Shown one piece after another: positions 53,414-63,068 of a DNA stretch of 64,000 nt (position 1 is the stretch's first letter; the number at the start of each line of letters is the position of its first letter). Source of the stretch: Bdellovibrionota bacterium. GTDB taxonomy: Bacteria > Bdellovibrionota > UBA1018 > CAIPTA01 > JAALKR01. The translations under genes and the position numbers were made by a program. Under the pieces are notes generated by a model that worked only from the letters and a program-made list of their open reading frames with translations, had not been told where the DNA came from and made no database searches. The stretch lies in assembly GCA_965207455.1 (NCBI GenBank), contig CBDBMJ010000001.1:736001-800000 (forward strand), read 5' to 3'.

Positions 53414-54336
53414 TGAACACCGCCCGTATCTATGGCATAGAACTCTACGCCTTTGGCTACCGTAATGCTCGCATTTGCTACCTCTTTTTCTTGAGCTTTA
53501 GATTGAGCATAATCTAGAGCTGATCGACTTAAACCCTGGAGAAGCGCATTTCCTAGCCCCGCTGGGCTAAAAACAAGCCCTGTTTCTTTCGCAACTTCTC
53601 TTCTTTGTAGCCCTTCGGCTACTCCTCCGATGAAGTTAGATGCAGTTCGTGCGCTATACTTTCCCACCTCGCCGCTTGAATAATCCCCCATCAGCCCCAA
53701 AGTGCCGTCAAGCTGGTAGGCTTGCATAGCTATTCTTTGCTTTTTCCCCGTGGAGTCTAATATATGCGTAAAGGTTATTCTTAGCTTTTCGCTTGATTTA
53801 TCCAACCGTCCAGTACCAAAAAATACAGAATCCGCTTCAACTGAGGCGCAATTTAAAGCAGCGTTTAATTCCTCACAACCAATTACCTTTGCTTTTACGG
53901 GAATATTCTCATTTAAATATACTGATACATCGGCATATAAGCGTAAAATTACTTTAATCCCTAGAAAGTTAGCTTTATTTGTGCCTAGAATCTGACTTGA
54001 AAATTCCTTTTTCTTCGGTGTTTTATTGTTCTCCTGCACTGGCACATAAGGCACATTATCTTCATATTGAATATTTAGCCTAGAAGAAGGGGCAAAAGCC
54101 CCTCCCTCCACTGCACTAGGATTAATATTAGGGTTAGAATTAATATTAGGCTTAACATATGGAATAGTTCTTTTTTTCTCTATTGGTTTCTCTTCCTCAA
54201 ATACAGCACTTACCACAACAAACAGAACTAAAATAACGGAAGCAAATACAATCAGACGCTTAGGTTTTATTTTTCTTTTTTTCGTATGTCTATTTTCTTT
54301 CTCCAAGAAAATATCTTTAATCTTATTTATACGCAT
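53410..54336 (-). CDS. VirB10/TrbI/TraM-like conjugation protein
   Basis: TM segment and Pro-rich linker; P..A.V, G.......R..I.F, A...DG..GL.G, FIGG.A.G. Confidence 0.75.
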   Translation of the reverse strand: MRINKIKDIFLEKENRHTKKRKIKPKRLIVFASVILVLFVVVSAVFEEEKPIEKKRTIPYVKPNINSNPNINPSAVEGGAFAPSSRLNIQYEDNVPYVPVQENNKTPKKKEFSSQILGTNKANFLGIKVILRLYADVSVYLNENIPVKAKVIGCEELNAALNCASVEADSVFFGTGRLDKSSEKLRITFTHILDSTGKKQRIAMQAYQLDGTLGLMGDYSSGEVGKYSARTASNFIGGVAEGLQRREVAKETGLVFSPAGLGNALLQGLSRSALDYAQSKAQEKEVANASITVAKGVEFYAIDTGGVQ

Positions 54337-54348
54337 ATTTTATTCTCC

Positions 54349-55053
54349 TTAATTTATTGGGATTTTTATCCATATATTTTTTTTCATATCTTTGTGCTTT
54401 AATTTAATAAAAAGCGGTCTTTTAGATGCAATGTGCTTTTTATTAACAATAATATGACCTTTAATATTGAGATTTTCTCCATTCATTGCTTGCGCATCAC
54501 TATATAGAATTTTTAAAGGTATTTTATTCCTATTTTGGTAAATAGAAAATTTAAACCCATTTACAAGGTACTCCCTATCTTTCTGCACCAGCAAACTCAA
54601 CATAAAATCAATGCTAACAACGCTATCCATTTCCTTTAGCGTGACTTTCTTTATAGATAATTTAAATGGATAAGATTTTTTATTAAGCCTTCCTAATAGC
54701 GTATTATTTACAATTCTCTTTCTTTTTACATAAACAAGAGTATCTGCTCTATTTAGGCTTGAAATGAGCCTAAAATTAAACTGCCCTTCCTTTGTAAAAA
54801 TAAATAAGTTTGTTTTATCACGTCTTGATGGCTTAATGGCAACCACATTTCTGTGTGTTTCCACTAAAAAAGAGTTCTTCTTTCCAATGATTCCAGGTGA
54901 TGGGGCATGGTCAAAGCGAATAACTGTAGACTCATTTTTTTTCAAATAGATTTTAGCGATGTCTTTTTCTGATAGATAAATAGTTCTAACTAGCTTTGCA
55001 CTCCCAATAATGGGAGCAAAAGCCAGCATAATACATAAAAATATACATTTCAT
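54349..55053 (-). CDS. VirB9/TrbG/TraN-like exported conjugation protein
   Basis: Signal peptide; STVIRF, V.IKP, TNLFI.T....FNF.L. Confidence 0.7.
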   Translation of the reverse strand: MKCIFLCIMLAFAPIIGSAKLVRTIYLSEKDIAKIYLKKNESTVIRFDHAPSPGIIGKKNSFLVETHRNVVAIKPSRRDKTNLFIFTKEGQFNFRLISSLNRADTLVYVKRKRIVNNTLLGRLNKKSYPFKLSIKKVTLKEMDSVVSIDFMLSLLVQKDREYLVNGFKFSIYQNRNKIPLKILYSDAQAMNGENLNIKGHIIVNKKHIASKRPLFIKLKHKDMKKNIWIKIPIN

Positions 55054-55091
55054 AAATACCTCTTTCTTTTAATTTTGATTTTTTTTTGTTT

Positions 55092-55697
55092 TTACTGTCG
55101 TATGGAGGAAACTAGAGATTCATTTTTGATATAGATGCCTTCTGGGTTACTGCTAGTTCTTTTTGAGAAGCTATATTCTAGCTTAAAGGTCATAGGTTGG
55201 GTTGCTCTAAAGCCATTAACAATGAGTATTCTATCACCTCGAATTAAGGCAATATTCTTACTTAAATCAATAGCAATAGAATCTGAAATATAGAATCGTT
55301 GCTTAATTTTTTTGTTTTCGGTTTCTTTTAATTGCCTCCCACTTGCTCGGAAAAACGATTTTCTCCAAGAGGGAAGCACAAGGGAACTAGCTTTTTTTAG
55401 AGATTTTTTAAAACTTTTACTCTCCCAATTGTGCCTAACTTGAATAAATCGTCTAATGGCACGGTTTATTTCTAAATTGAGCTGGATTTCAGTCTGGTTT
55501 TGGGTAATAGGTAGAATATTGGAATTAGCATCATTAATAGATATGATATATGGGTCTTTCAAAGATAGTGTAACAGTCGCAATTAATAGGGATAGGGTTA
55601 ACACTAGCATAAATACTAGCATTACTTTTAAAAATAGATTTTGTGCCTCGGTATCTGCCCATAGTTCAAAATATTTCTTTTTTGCATTTTTAAGCAT
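55092..55697 (-). CDS. VirB8/TraE/TraK-like conjugation protein
   Basis: Single TM segment, NTF2-like region, C-terminal RT.SNP.G.YI. Confidence 0.7.
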   Translation of the reverse strand: MLKNAKKKYFELWADTEAQNLFLKVMLVFMLVLTLSLLIATVTLSLKDPYIISINDANSNILPITQNQTEIQLNLEINRAIRRFIQVRHNWESKSFKKSLKKASSLVLPSWRKSFFRASGRQLKETENKKIKQRFYISDSIAIDLSKNIALIRGDRILIVNGFRATQPMTFKLEYSFSKRTSSNPEGIYIKNESLVSSIRQ

Positions 55698-55987
55698 ATT
55701 TGCTCCTTTTTTTTTGAGATTAAAATTATTTAAGTATAATTCAATGCTTTTTCATGGATATATAGAAAAAGTAACAGAATGAAAAATAAACGAGAGTTTA
55801 ATTTATATATAATTTGTTTTATTGGAAAAATGAGTATAAAATTAAATGATTGAGTGCTTTATCTACAAATAGATTGCTTTCTTACGTCAGTAAATCCACT
55901 GGAATTGGGAATGTTTCCTTTTTTGCATTTACTGTAAATTCTTTTTTAATCTATGGGAATTGTTAAAAAATCAGTAAAATTTATTTT

Positions 55988-57169
55988 TTAGTATTTTCTG
56001 CATTTTTTTAATTCTGCTTCAAAATTACTAATAGTTTCTTTTATTCGCTTCTCCCAAAATTTCATATATTTTGCTCTTTTAGTATCACTATAACCATACA
56101 TTTTTTGATAAAGAGTAAAAGTATAGTGACTAAACTCAGATATATTCAAAAAAGCCATCTGGCACAAGCCATTATATTCTTTAAAATTTCTTCCAAATTT
56201 CTTATCAAAAGCATCATTTAATTTTTCTCTTTCTCTGACCCATTCTACGCCCTTTACTGCCCAATCTATCCCTTTAGCGTCTAAGCTAGATTTTCCACAG
56301 CATATTTTTTTTAACTTATTATAATGATTTTTAAAAATCTTTAGCTCTTTTCTTAATAAGGTTGAATCATTTTTTTTATTAAATGAAGTAGTTATAGTAT
56401 GATTTAATATAAATTTAACCACCTTACCATCTCCTGCTGCTTGTTTGGTAATTAATTTTCCTGTCATATTTTCGCCATTACTTCCTAAAATTTCTTGAAC
56501 TGATTTATCCATAAGTTCAGCCAATATAGTTCCAACCTCTATTATATATTTTCCATTTGGTAATAATCTGTCTTCTTGATAGAAAGATGCGTGGTATGCT
56601 ACCACTTCAAATTCTCCAACTTGAATAGTTGTGTGATTTGAGAAATAAGTAAAACCATTTTTTGAGACATTGCTATATATATCAGTATAATCAGGTAAGT
56701 TTGTTTTTCCTTTTATGTATAGTTTTCCATTTTTAAATTCTGATTTTAAAGTCATTTTTACATTTAATTTTTTAGCGATTTTTACATTTAATTTTTTAGC
56801 GATTTTATTTTTTCTCTTGAATTTTGAACATTCCGGAAAAAGGTCAAGAACAGTATCATAAATATCAATAGAAAGATTAGGCTGAAAATTGATCGTAGCC
56901 CATGCGCCTTTATCAATTTCCATGCATGAAAGATAATATGATATAAAAGTACGTTTGACTTCTGGTGAATCCGATTTTAATTCATAAGCAATGGCAGTTA
57001 ATTCTTCTTTAGAATATTTAGAATCAATGATTATATCATAAGAACATTCGTAAGGAGCGCGGCAGTTTATTTTTTTAATATCATAAGGTGAAGTTTTATT
57101 TTTAGACTCCACTTCAATCACAAAAAATATATTAATGATAGAAATTAATATTAAAAATATTTTTTTCAT
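55988..57169 (-). CDS. hypothetical exported protein
   Basis: Signal peptide MKKIFLILISIINIFFV; G.TNLPD.T domain; 24-bp tandem duplication (KIAKKLNV x2). Confidence 0.7.
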   Translation of the reverse strand: MKKIFLILISIINIFFVIEVESKNKTSPYDIKKINCRAPYECSYDIIIDSKYSKEELTAIAYELKSDSPEVKRTFISYYLSCMEIDKGAWATINFQPNLSIDIYDTVLDLFPECSKFKRKNKIAKKLNVKIAKKLNVKMTLKSEFKNGKLYIKGKTNLPDYTDIYSNVSKNGFTYFSNHTTIQVGEFEVVAYHASFYQEDRLLPNGKYIIEVGTILAELMDKSVQEILGSNGENMTGKLITKQAAGDGKVVKFILNHTITTSFNKKNDSTLLRKELKIFKNHYNKLKKICCGKSSLDAKGIDWAVKGVEWVREREKLNDAFDKKFGRNFKEYNGLCQMAFLNISEFSHYTFTLYQKMYGYSDTKRAKYMKFWEKRIKETISNFEAELKKCRKY

Positions 57170-57222
57170 TTCATACCTACCTCTTAAATAAATTATAAGA
57201 TAACTGTAATAATTGTGATAGA

Positions 57223-57486
57223 TTATTGTCCATAAGTTTTTATAACCCTCCCCCAATTATTGGGGCAAAATTTGCTAAATGTTTTTACTGATAATTCAAC
57301 CTCTTGATAGCCATTTTCAGCAGATTTCTCATACCAATATAAAGCTTTCATACAACCTATCTTTAATCCTCTTCCAAGGGCGTATGAATTAGCTAAATTA
57401 TTTTGAGCCATCATGTTTCCAAGTTTGGCTCCTGTTTTATATAGAGAGTTCGCCATTTCATCGCTTTGTGGAACTCCTGTCCCCAT
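57223..57486 (-). pseudogene. Sel1-like repeat protein fragment
   Basis: GVPQ...A..LY...A..G...AQNNL...Y..G.G......A..WY.KSAE.G. Confidence 0.7.
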
Positions 57487-57544
57487 TCTATTACTTTAAA
57501 CTGCTTAATTCTCTTGAGTCGATTCATTTTCTTTATGTTTTCTA

Positions 57545-58141
57545 TTATTTAATTTTATGTAGTTTCTTGTATGCTGTGTAATATCCATTAGTATTATTTA
57601 ATGAGAATGAATAATTGGTAAGACTGGATAGTAATTTAATTCTGAAATCAATTTTTCCATCTTTTTTTAGAATAGAGTGTAGTTTTTTAGAGGAACTCTC
57701 GTCAAGACTAATCCTGTCAGAGCCTTTATGCATATCTCCTGTTAATTTATGTTTTTTGCCATTTTTATCTCGAATTAGAATTGTATAATAATTAGATATG
57801 AACGCTTGCACAGGTTTTTTGCCATCATAATGAAATAGTTGAATATCAGCATCAGAATAACTGGAAAGAAGGAAAAGCACTCTAAGTTTAGCCCCTTCGG
57901 CGATGGAATTACTGAATTTTCCATAAATATTATTTTTATTTTTAATATAGCCTGATTTAGTTGGTTCTCCAAATTCATCAACATAATATGAAACTTTCCA
58001 CATCGAATTGTCGCTTGCGTTCTTTCTTTCAATTGGACTTGATACAGATTCTGTACTCTGCTTGTCTATAAAGTAGATAAAGGAAACAAAAATAAAAAAA
58101 ACAATAACTAATTTTTTTAAAAATTTCATAAGTGACTTCAT
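57545..58141 (-). CDS. hypothetical membrane-anchored protein
   Basis: N-terminal TM segment; W...YYVDEFG.PT, G.FSNS; RBS GGAG. Confidence 0.7.
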   Translation of the reverse strand: MKSLMKFLKKLVIVFFIFVSFIYFIDKQSTESVSSPIERKNASDNSMWKVSYYVDEFGEPTKSGYIKNKNNIYGKFSNSIAEGAKLRVLFLLSSYSDADIQLFHYDGKKPVQAFISNYYTILIRDKNGKKHKLTGDMHKGSDRISLDESSSKKLHSILKKDGKIDFRIKLLSSLTNYSFSLNNTNGYYTAYKKLHKIK

Positions 58142-58206
58142 AAAAACTCCTTCTTTATTTATGATAATATCAACAGAAATAAATTCCATGATAACTCTTT
58201 AGTTAC

Positions 58207-58233
58207 ATATCGACAGAAACATTGTATTCTTTA
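58207..58233 (-). promoter_or_regulatory. sigma28 (FliA)-type promoter
   Basis: TAAA-N15-GTCGATAT upstream of 58141. Confidence 0.6.
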
Positions 58234-58392
58234 GTTAAAATTTAAATAGAGAAAATATTTTTAATCATAGATTTTCATTTTAAATACAATGAGTTAGTTC
58301 AATTACCCCTTAACAGGTTTAAAGCCTTATTCATTTCAGAAGCTAGGGGCTATGCAGTAGAGCTAAACTTCGGAGCGACTCTGCAAGTTATT

Positions 58393-59193
58393 TTATTTTT
58401 TGAATTTTTCAATATATTCCATCTCTTCTATCTCTTGTTTGCAGAATTCTTCAGCTTTCTCCATTGCTTTCCTAAAAGATTCACTTATTCTAATTCTAGA
58501 AATATTTTTTGGGGTACGCCTCATTTCTATATATTTTATTTCGCCTAACGGAGGACATTCGTCCATTAGAATAAACAGGTGTTTCTTATCTGTTCCCGTA
58601 ATCATTCCAGCCATGTGACATTGGAAATCTTCAATTGGAATTTTTCCATTTATCTCTAGCTGAGGTTTGATGTCATCATTAAAAATAATATCTTCTCCTC
58701 TCATTACTTTATTTATTGCACAAGAAAGGTCATCGCCAAGTTTCAAAATTTTGATATATACAGCATCTCCAGTAATTTCTCCAGAGTCATGAGCCTTCCA
58801 AAAGTGTTCATAAGAGTCTTTGGGTTCTTTATTAGGGTTAAAGTTGAGATATTTTAATAAAAGTATTCTATTCTGAATGTCAAAAAATTCCCTATGAGAA
58901 AGTTCTTCTTTATATGTTAATTCCTTTGCAAGAGCCAGTGAGCTATCAAAATCCTTTTTTCTAAGATCATAATTTTCTTCTAGTATTTTCAAAATTGTAT
59001 TTCGACTGGCAGTGGAAAACCGCCATTTGAAAGCATAGGAAATTCTACTCCAACCCCAAAAAGCTGAAAGTATATTACCAGAGTGGTATCTTATAATATC
59101 CTTATCTATCGCATTAACACCCATAGCTAACTTCCTTGTATTTCTTTTTATTTTTGTTATCATCATTATAAATTTTTTCTTTAGAAAACTCAC
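58393..59193 (-). CDS. hypothetical protein
   Basis: 266-aa ORF; no recognised family. Confidence 0.6.
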   Translation of the reverse strand: MSFLKKKFIMMITKIKRNTRKLAMGVNAIDKDIIRYHSGNILSAFWGWSRISYAFKWRFSTASRNTILKILEENYDLRKKDFDSSLALAKELTYKEELSHREFFDIQNRILLLKYLNFNPNKEPKDSYEHFWKAHDSGEITGDAVYIKILKLGDDLSCAINKVMRGEDIIFNDDIKPQLEINGKIPIEDFQCHMAGMITGTDKKHLFILMDECPPLGEIKYIEMRRTPKNISRIRISESFRKAMEKAEEFCKQEIEEMEYIEKFKK

Positions 59194-59272
59194 TTTATGC
59201 TATTCAATTTTCTTAAATATTTTTTAGCATTTGCATCAGCTAACTCTCTCACTATACTGAATGATTGCCTAC

Positions 59273-59373
59273 TTGACTTTCTATGCAAAATAGTCTAGAA
59301 CATAAGTAACTCCCCGTCCGACTTCGGTTTGGTGACTGCGGACCACTACTTTATGCAGTGGTTCTGCTTTTTT
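59273..59373 (+). ncRNA. candidate ~65-nt small RNA with its own promoter and terminator
   Basis: TTGACT-N17-TAGAAC; C(TTCG)G hairpin; GCGGACCACT/AGTGGTTCTGC stem followed by T6. Confidence 0.4.
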
Positions 59374-59429
59374 CAGGTATAAAAATTATCCAAAAAATAG
59401 CTAATCAATGTGACAAGTTATATTTAAAG

Positions 59430-59631
59430 CTATTTTACAGACTTTAATCTATCTAAAAATTCCTTAAATTTATCTTCAGCAGCATGTGTACTAATTGGAC
59501 CGCAACTAGATAGCGGAACTGTATTTTTACAGCTACTGATCTTTGTATAGCAAATCACAGTTCTTTTATTGTTTTGAGTACAAGAAACTACTGCTTGATT
59601 TATTCCAATAATAACACCAAGTGTTCGTTCA
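59430..59631 (-). pseudogene. 3' remnant of a gene cut by IS256 copy 2
   Basis: Frame open from the IS end to TAG 59430 (ERTLGVIIG...FKEFLDRLKSVK*), with no start codon. Confidence 0.5.
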
Positions 59632-61209
59632 GAGCCTGTAAGTTATTTTGTGTAACTGCGTTTCTAGTACCTGATTATTTCCTAAAAAACAATCAAAATT
59701 ACTTTATCCAATTCCGAGCAGTGTTAGCTGCTCGGAAACATATACCTACCAGACACGCCTTTTCGCGTCAACAGTAATATTAAAAAAACATAAAAGAGCA
59801 AATCCTTCTTTCAGGGAACCTGAATATAATGAACCACTTTTGCTTGCTTCCAGGAGATTAAATGGCTCGGCCTCTGGGAGCAAGCCCTACGGCTTGCTTG
59901 CGACCCGAGAGGCTATCCAGCCTTATTTTTTGAGCTTAATTTTCATCAAATCTATCGCCATAATTTATGGCAAATAGATTCATTGCTCGACTCCAATTAT
60001 GTAACGGATTGGTCCACTTACGAGATGCTTTTATCGTCGATAAGTATACAATTTTTAGTGCAGAGTCATCACTTGGAAAAATCTTTCTGTTCCTAATACT
60101 TTTTCGTATCACACTATTTAAGGATTCAATGGCATTTGTTGTATAGATTACTTTTCTAATTTCATAAGGAAAGTCAAAAATAGCAATTATATTTTCCCAG
60201 TTCTTTCGCCAAGAACGCTCTACATGAGGGTATTGGGATGACCATTTTCCCCAAACTCATTTAATGCCTTTTCTCCAGCGTCTAATGACGGAGCATTGTA
60301 GATTGTTTTTAGTGAAGCTGCCACAGCTTTCATATCCTTTGCAGATACATAGCGCAGTGAATTTCTTACCATATGGACTATACACAACTGTACCTTAGTC
60401 TTCGGATAAGCTGCCCCAATCGCATCGGGAAAACCACTTAAGCCATCCACACATGCTATAAAAATGTCCTCTAATCCTCGATTGCGAAGATCTGTTAAAC
60501 ACCTAACCAGAACTTGCTTCCTTCCTTCTCTGAAATCCATAGCCCCAATAGTTCTTTGTGTCCTGCCTTTGTAAGCCCCAATGCAAGGTAAATTGATTTA
60601 TTGATTATTCGACCACTATCTCTGACTTTTACTACTATGCAATCTAAAAATACTACTGGGTATACTTTATCTAAAGGACGATTTTGCCAAGTTTTCACTT
60701 CATCTATAACTGCATCAGTCACATTTGAAATTACTGTGTGAGATATTTCTGCTCCATGATAGAGTTCTTTGATTGACTCCTTGGATATCTCTCGTTGTCA
60801 TACCCTGTGCATACAAGGTCAGTATTGTATTCTCAAAGCCCTCTAGGCGAGTTTTGCCTTTGGGTAAATTTTAGGTTCAAATGTAGCCTCTCTGTCCCTA
60901 GGTGTGTCTATCTCCAGCTCACCCCTATCGCATTTTATTGTTTTGGAGCTATATCCATTACGGGTATTGCTCCTACGAGTTTTGGCCTTATCATTTTTCT
61001 CATAGCCAAGATGATTCTCTATTTCCGCATTTAGTGCAGACTCCAGAATCCTCTTTGTTAGCTGACCCATTATTTCCGTTAGGTCACCCTGTGTTTTTAC
61101 TTTCTTGGCAAGTGACTTGCCTATTGCATCAATGTCCATAACTACTTTCCTTTCTGGTGATTTCACTATATTATAGGTTAAGCAGTTACACAATTTACTT
61201 TACAGGTCC
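59632..61209 (-). mobile_element. IS256-family element copy 2 with frameshifted transposase (59936..61139)
   Basis: Same TIRs as copy 1 (right end ...TTTACAGGTCC); transposase motifs spread over several frames; flanks TTCGTTCA / CATCAATA do not match. Confidence 0.9.
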
Positions 61210-61286
61210 CATCAATAGCTTGTCATTGGATATTATAACTGGTTGAATATAGGGATTAAATTATTGCATTTATTAAGGAGTTAAAG

Positions 61287-61466
61287 GTGTCTGAGCCTGA
61301 ACGATGGTACTCCGTCGAAGAAATTGCTGCTCACTTGGGTGTTTCCAAGGAAACCATCTACAGGTGGGTGGAAAAAGAAAAAATTCCTGCTCATAAGGTT
61401 GGCCGACAATGGAAATTTAGGGTTAGCGAAGTTGATGAGTGGGTTACTACAGGTGAAGCACAGTAA
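61287..61466 (+). CDS. excisionase-like HTH regulator preceding the type I R-M locus (absent from ORF track)
   Basis: RBS AAGGAG, GTG start; MSEPERWYSVEEIAAHLGVSKETIYRWVEKEKIPAHKVGRQWKFRVSEVDEWV. Confidence 0.85.
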   Translation: MSEPERWYSVEEIAAHLGVSKETIYRWVEKEKIPAHKVGRQWKFRVSEVDEWVTTGEAQ

Positions 61467-61505
61467 AAATAAATTTAAAACAATTTTAGTAAAGGGATAG
61501 ACAAG

Positions 61506-63068
61506 ATGACAAGCAGTGAACAACGAGCAGAAATACAACATAGAATTTGGCAAATTGCTAATGATGTTAGGGGATCAGTCGATGGTTGGGACTTTAAGCA
61601 ATACGTACTGGGAACTCTCTTTTATCGCTTTATAAGTGAAAACTTTTCTAAATATATGGAAGGTGGAGATGAAGGTATAAACTATTCAAAGTTTCCTGAT
61701 GATGAAATTGACGATGAAGTCAAAGCAGATGCTATTAAAACAAAGGGATATTTTATTTATCCTAGTCAGTTGTTTTCCAACATTGTTAAAGACGCTAAGA
61801 ATAATGAAGATTTAAATACAGATTTAGCTGATATTTTTAAATCAATTGAAGCCTCTGCCAACGGCTACCCATCAGAGCCTGATATAAAAGGATTATTTGC
61901 TGACTTTGATACAACTAGCAGACGTTTAGGTAATACTGTTAAAGATAAGAACACTCGTTTAGTGGCAGTCTTAAAAGGAGTTGCTGAATTAAATTTTGGT
62001 GAGTTTGAAGATAATCAAATTGACTTATTTGGTGATGCATACGAGTTTTTAATTTCAAACTATGCTGCGAATGCCGGTAAATCAGGAGGAGAATTCTTCA
62101 CACCACAAAATGTATCAAAGCTAATTGCTCAATTGGCCATGCATAAGCAAAAAAGAGTGAATAAAATATATGACCCTGCCTGTGGTTCAGGTTCACTCTT
62201 GTTACAAGCCAAAAAACATTTTGATAATCATATTATTGAAGAAGGTTTCTTTGGCCAAGAGATAAATCATACAACGTTTAACCTTGCTCGTATGAATATG
62301 TTTTTACATAACATTAACTACGACAAGTTTAATATCGCACTTGCAAACACTTTAACCGATCCGCACTATGCTGATGACAAGCCATTTGATGCGATTGTTT
62401 CTAATCCACCATATTCAGTAAAATGGATTGGATCAGATGATCCAACGTTAATAAATGATGAACGTTACGCTCCGGCAGGTGTATTAGCTCCTAAGTCTAA
62501 AGCCGATTTTGCCTTTGTCCTTCACTCTTTAAGTTATCTTTCTAGTAAAGGGCGTGCAGCCATCGTTTGTTTTCCCGGAATCTTTTACCGTGGAGGAGCT
62601 GAGAAGAAAATTCGCCAGTATTTAGTGGATAATAACTATGTCGAAACCGTTATCTCCTTAGCCTCTAATTTATTTTTTGGTACTACTATCGCTGTAAATA
62701 TTCTTGTATTATCGAAAAGTAAAGTTGATACCTCTGTTCAGTTTATTGATGTAAGTGGTGAAGATTTTTTTAAAAAGGCGGTTAATAATAACGTACTTAC
62801 CGATGATCATATCAATCAGATTATGAGCATATTTGATAGTAAAAATGATGTCGAGTATGTTGCTAAATCGGTAAGTTTTGAGGATGTCGCCGCAAATGAA
62901 TACAACCTGTCTGTAAGCTCTTATGTCGAAGGTGAAGACACTCGTGAAATAATTGATATTAATAAGCTCAATGACGAGTTGAAAACGTCTGTCAAAACAA
63001 TAAATAATCTTCGCATAGATATTGAAAATGTTGTCGCAGAGATTGAATGCGCGGAGATTGAGTCATGA
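61506..63068 (+). CDS. hsdM: type I restriction-modification methyltransferase subunit
   Basis: IW.IA...[29 protein letters not shown]. Confidence 0.96.
   Translation: MTSSEQRAEIQHRIWQIANDVRGSVDGWDFKQYVLGTLFYRFISENFSKYMEGGDEGINYSKFPDDEIDDEVKADAIKTKGYFIYPSQLFSNIVKDAKNNEDLNTDLADIFKSIEASANGYPSEPDIKGLFADFDTTSRRLGNTVKDKNTRLVAVLKGVAELNFGEFEDNQIDLFGDAYEFLISNYAANAGKSGGEFFTPQNVSKLIAQLAMHKQKRVNKIYDPACGSGSLLLQAKKHFDNHIIEEGFFGQEINHTTFNLARMNMFLHNINYDKFNIALANTLTDPHYADDKPFDAIVSNPPYSVKWIGSDDPTLINDERYAPAGVLAPKSKADFAFVLHSLSYLSSKGRAAIVCFPGIFYRGGAEKKIRQYLVDNNYVETVISLASNLFFGTTIAVNILVLSKSKVDTSVQFIDVSGEDFFKKAVNNNVLTDDHINQIMSIFDSKNDVEYVAKSVSFEDVAANEYNLSVSSYVEGEDTREIIDINKLNDELKTSVKTINNLRIDIENVVAEIECAEIES

Noticed and set aside
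56757..56804. 24-bp tandem duplication
   Set aside because: In-frame slippage in a linker, with no further significance evident
37986..61209. Composite transposon bounded by the two IS256 copies
   Set aside because: Copy 1 has its own TSD, the outer flanks do not match, and the copies are diverged
61281..61553. 90-aa minus-strand ORF
   Set aside because: Shadow of the plus-strand HTH gene and the hsdM start
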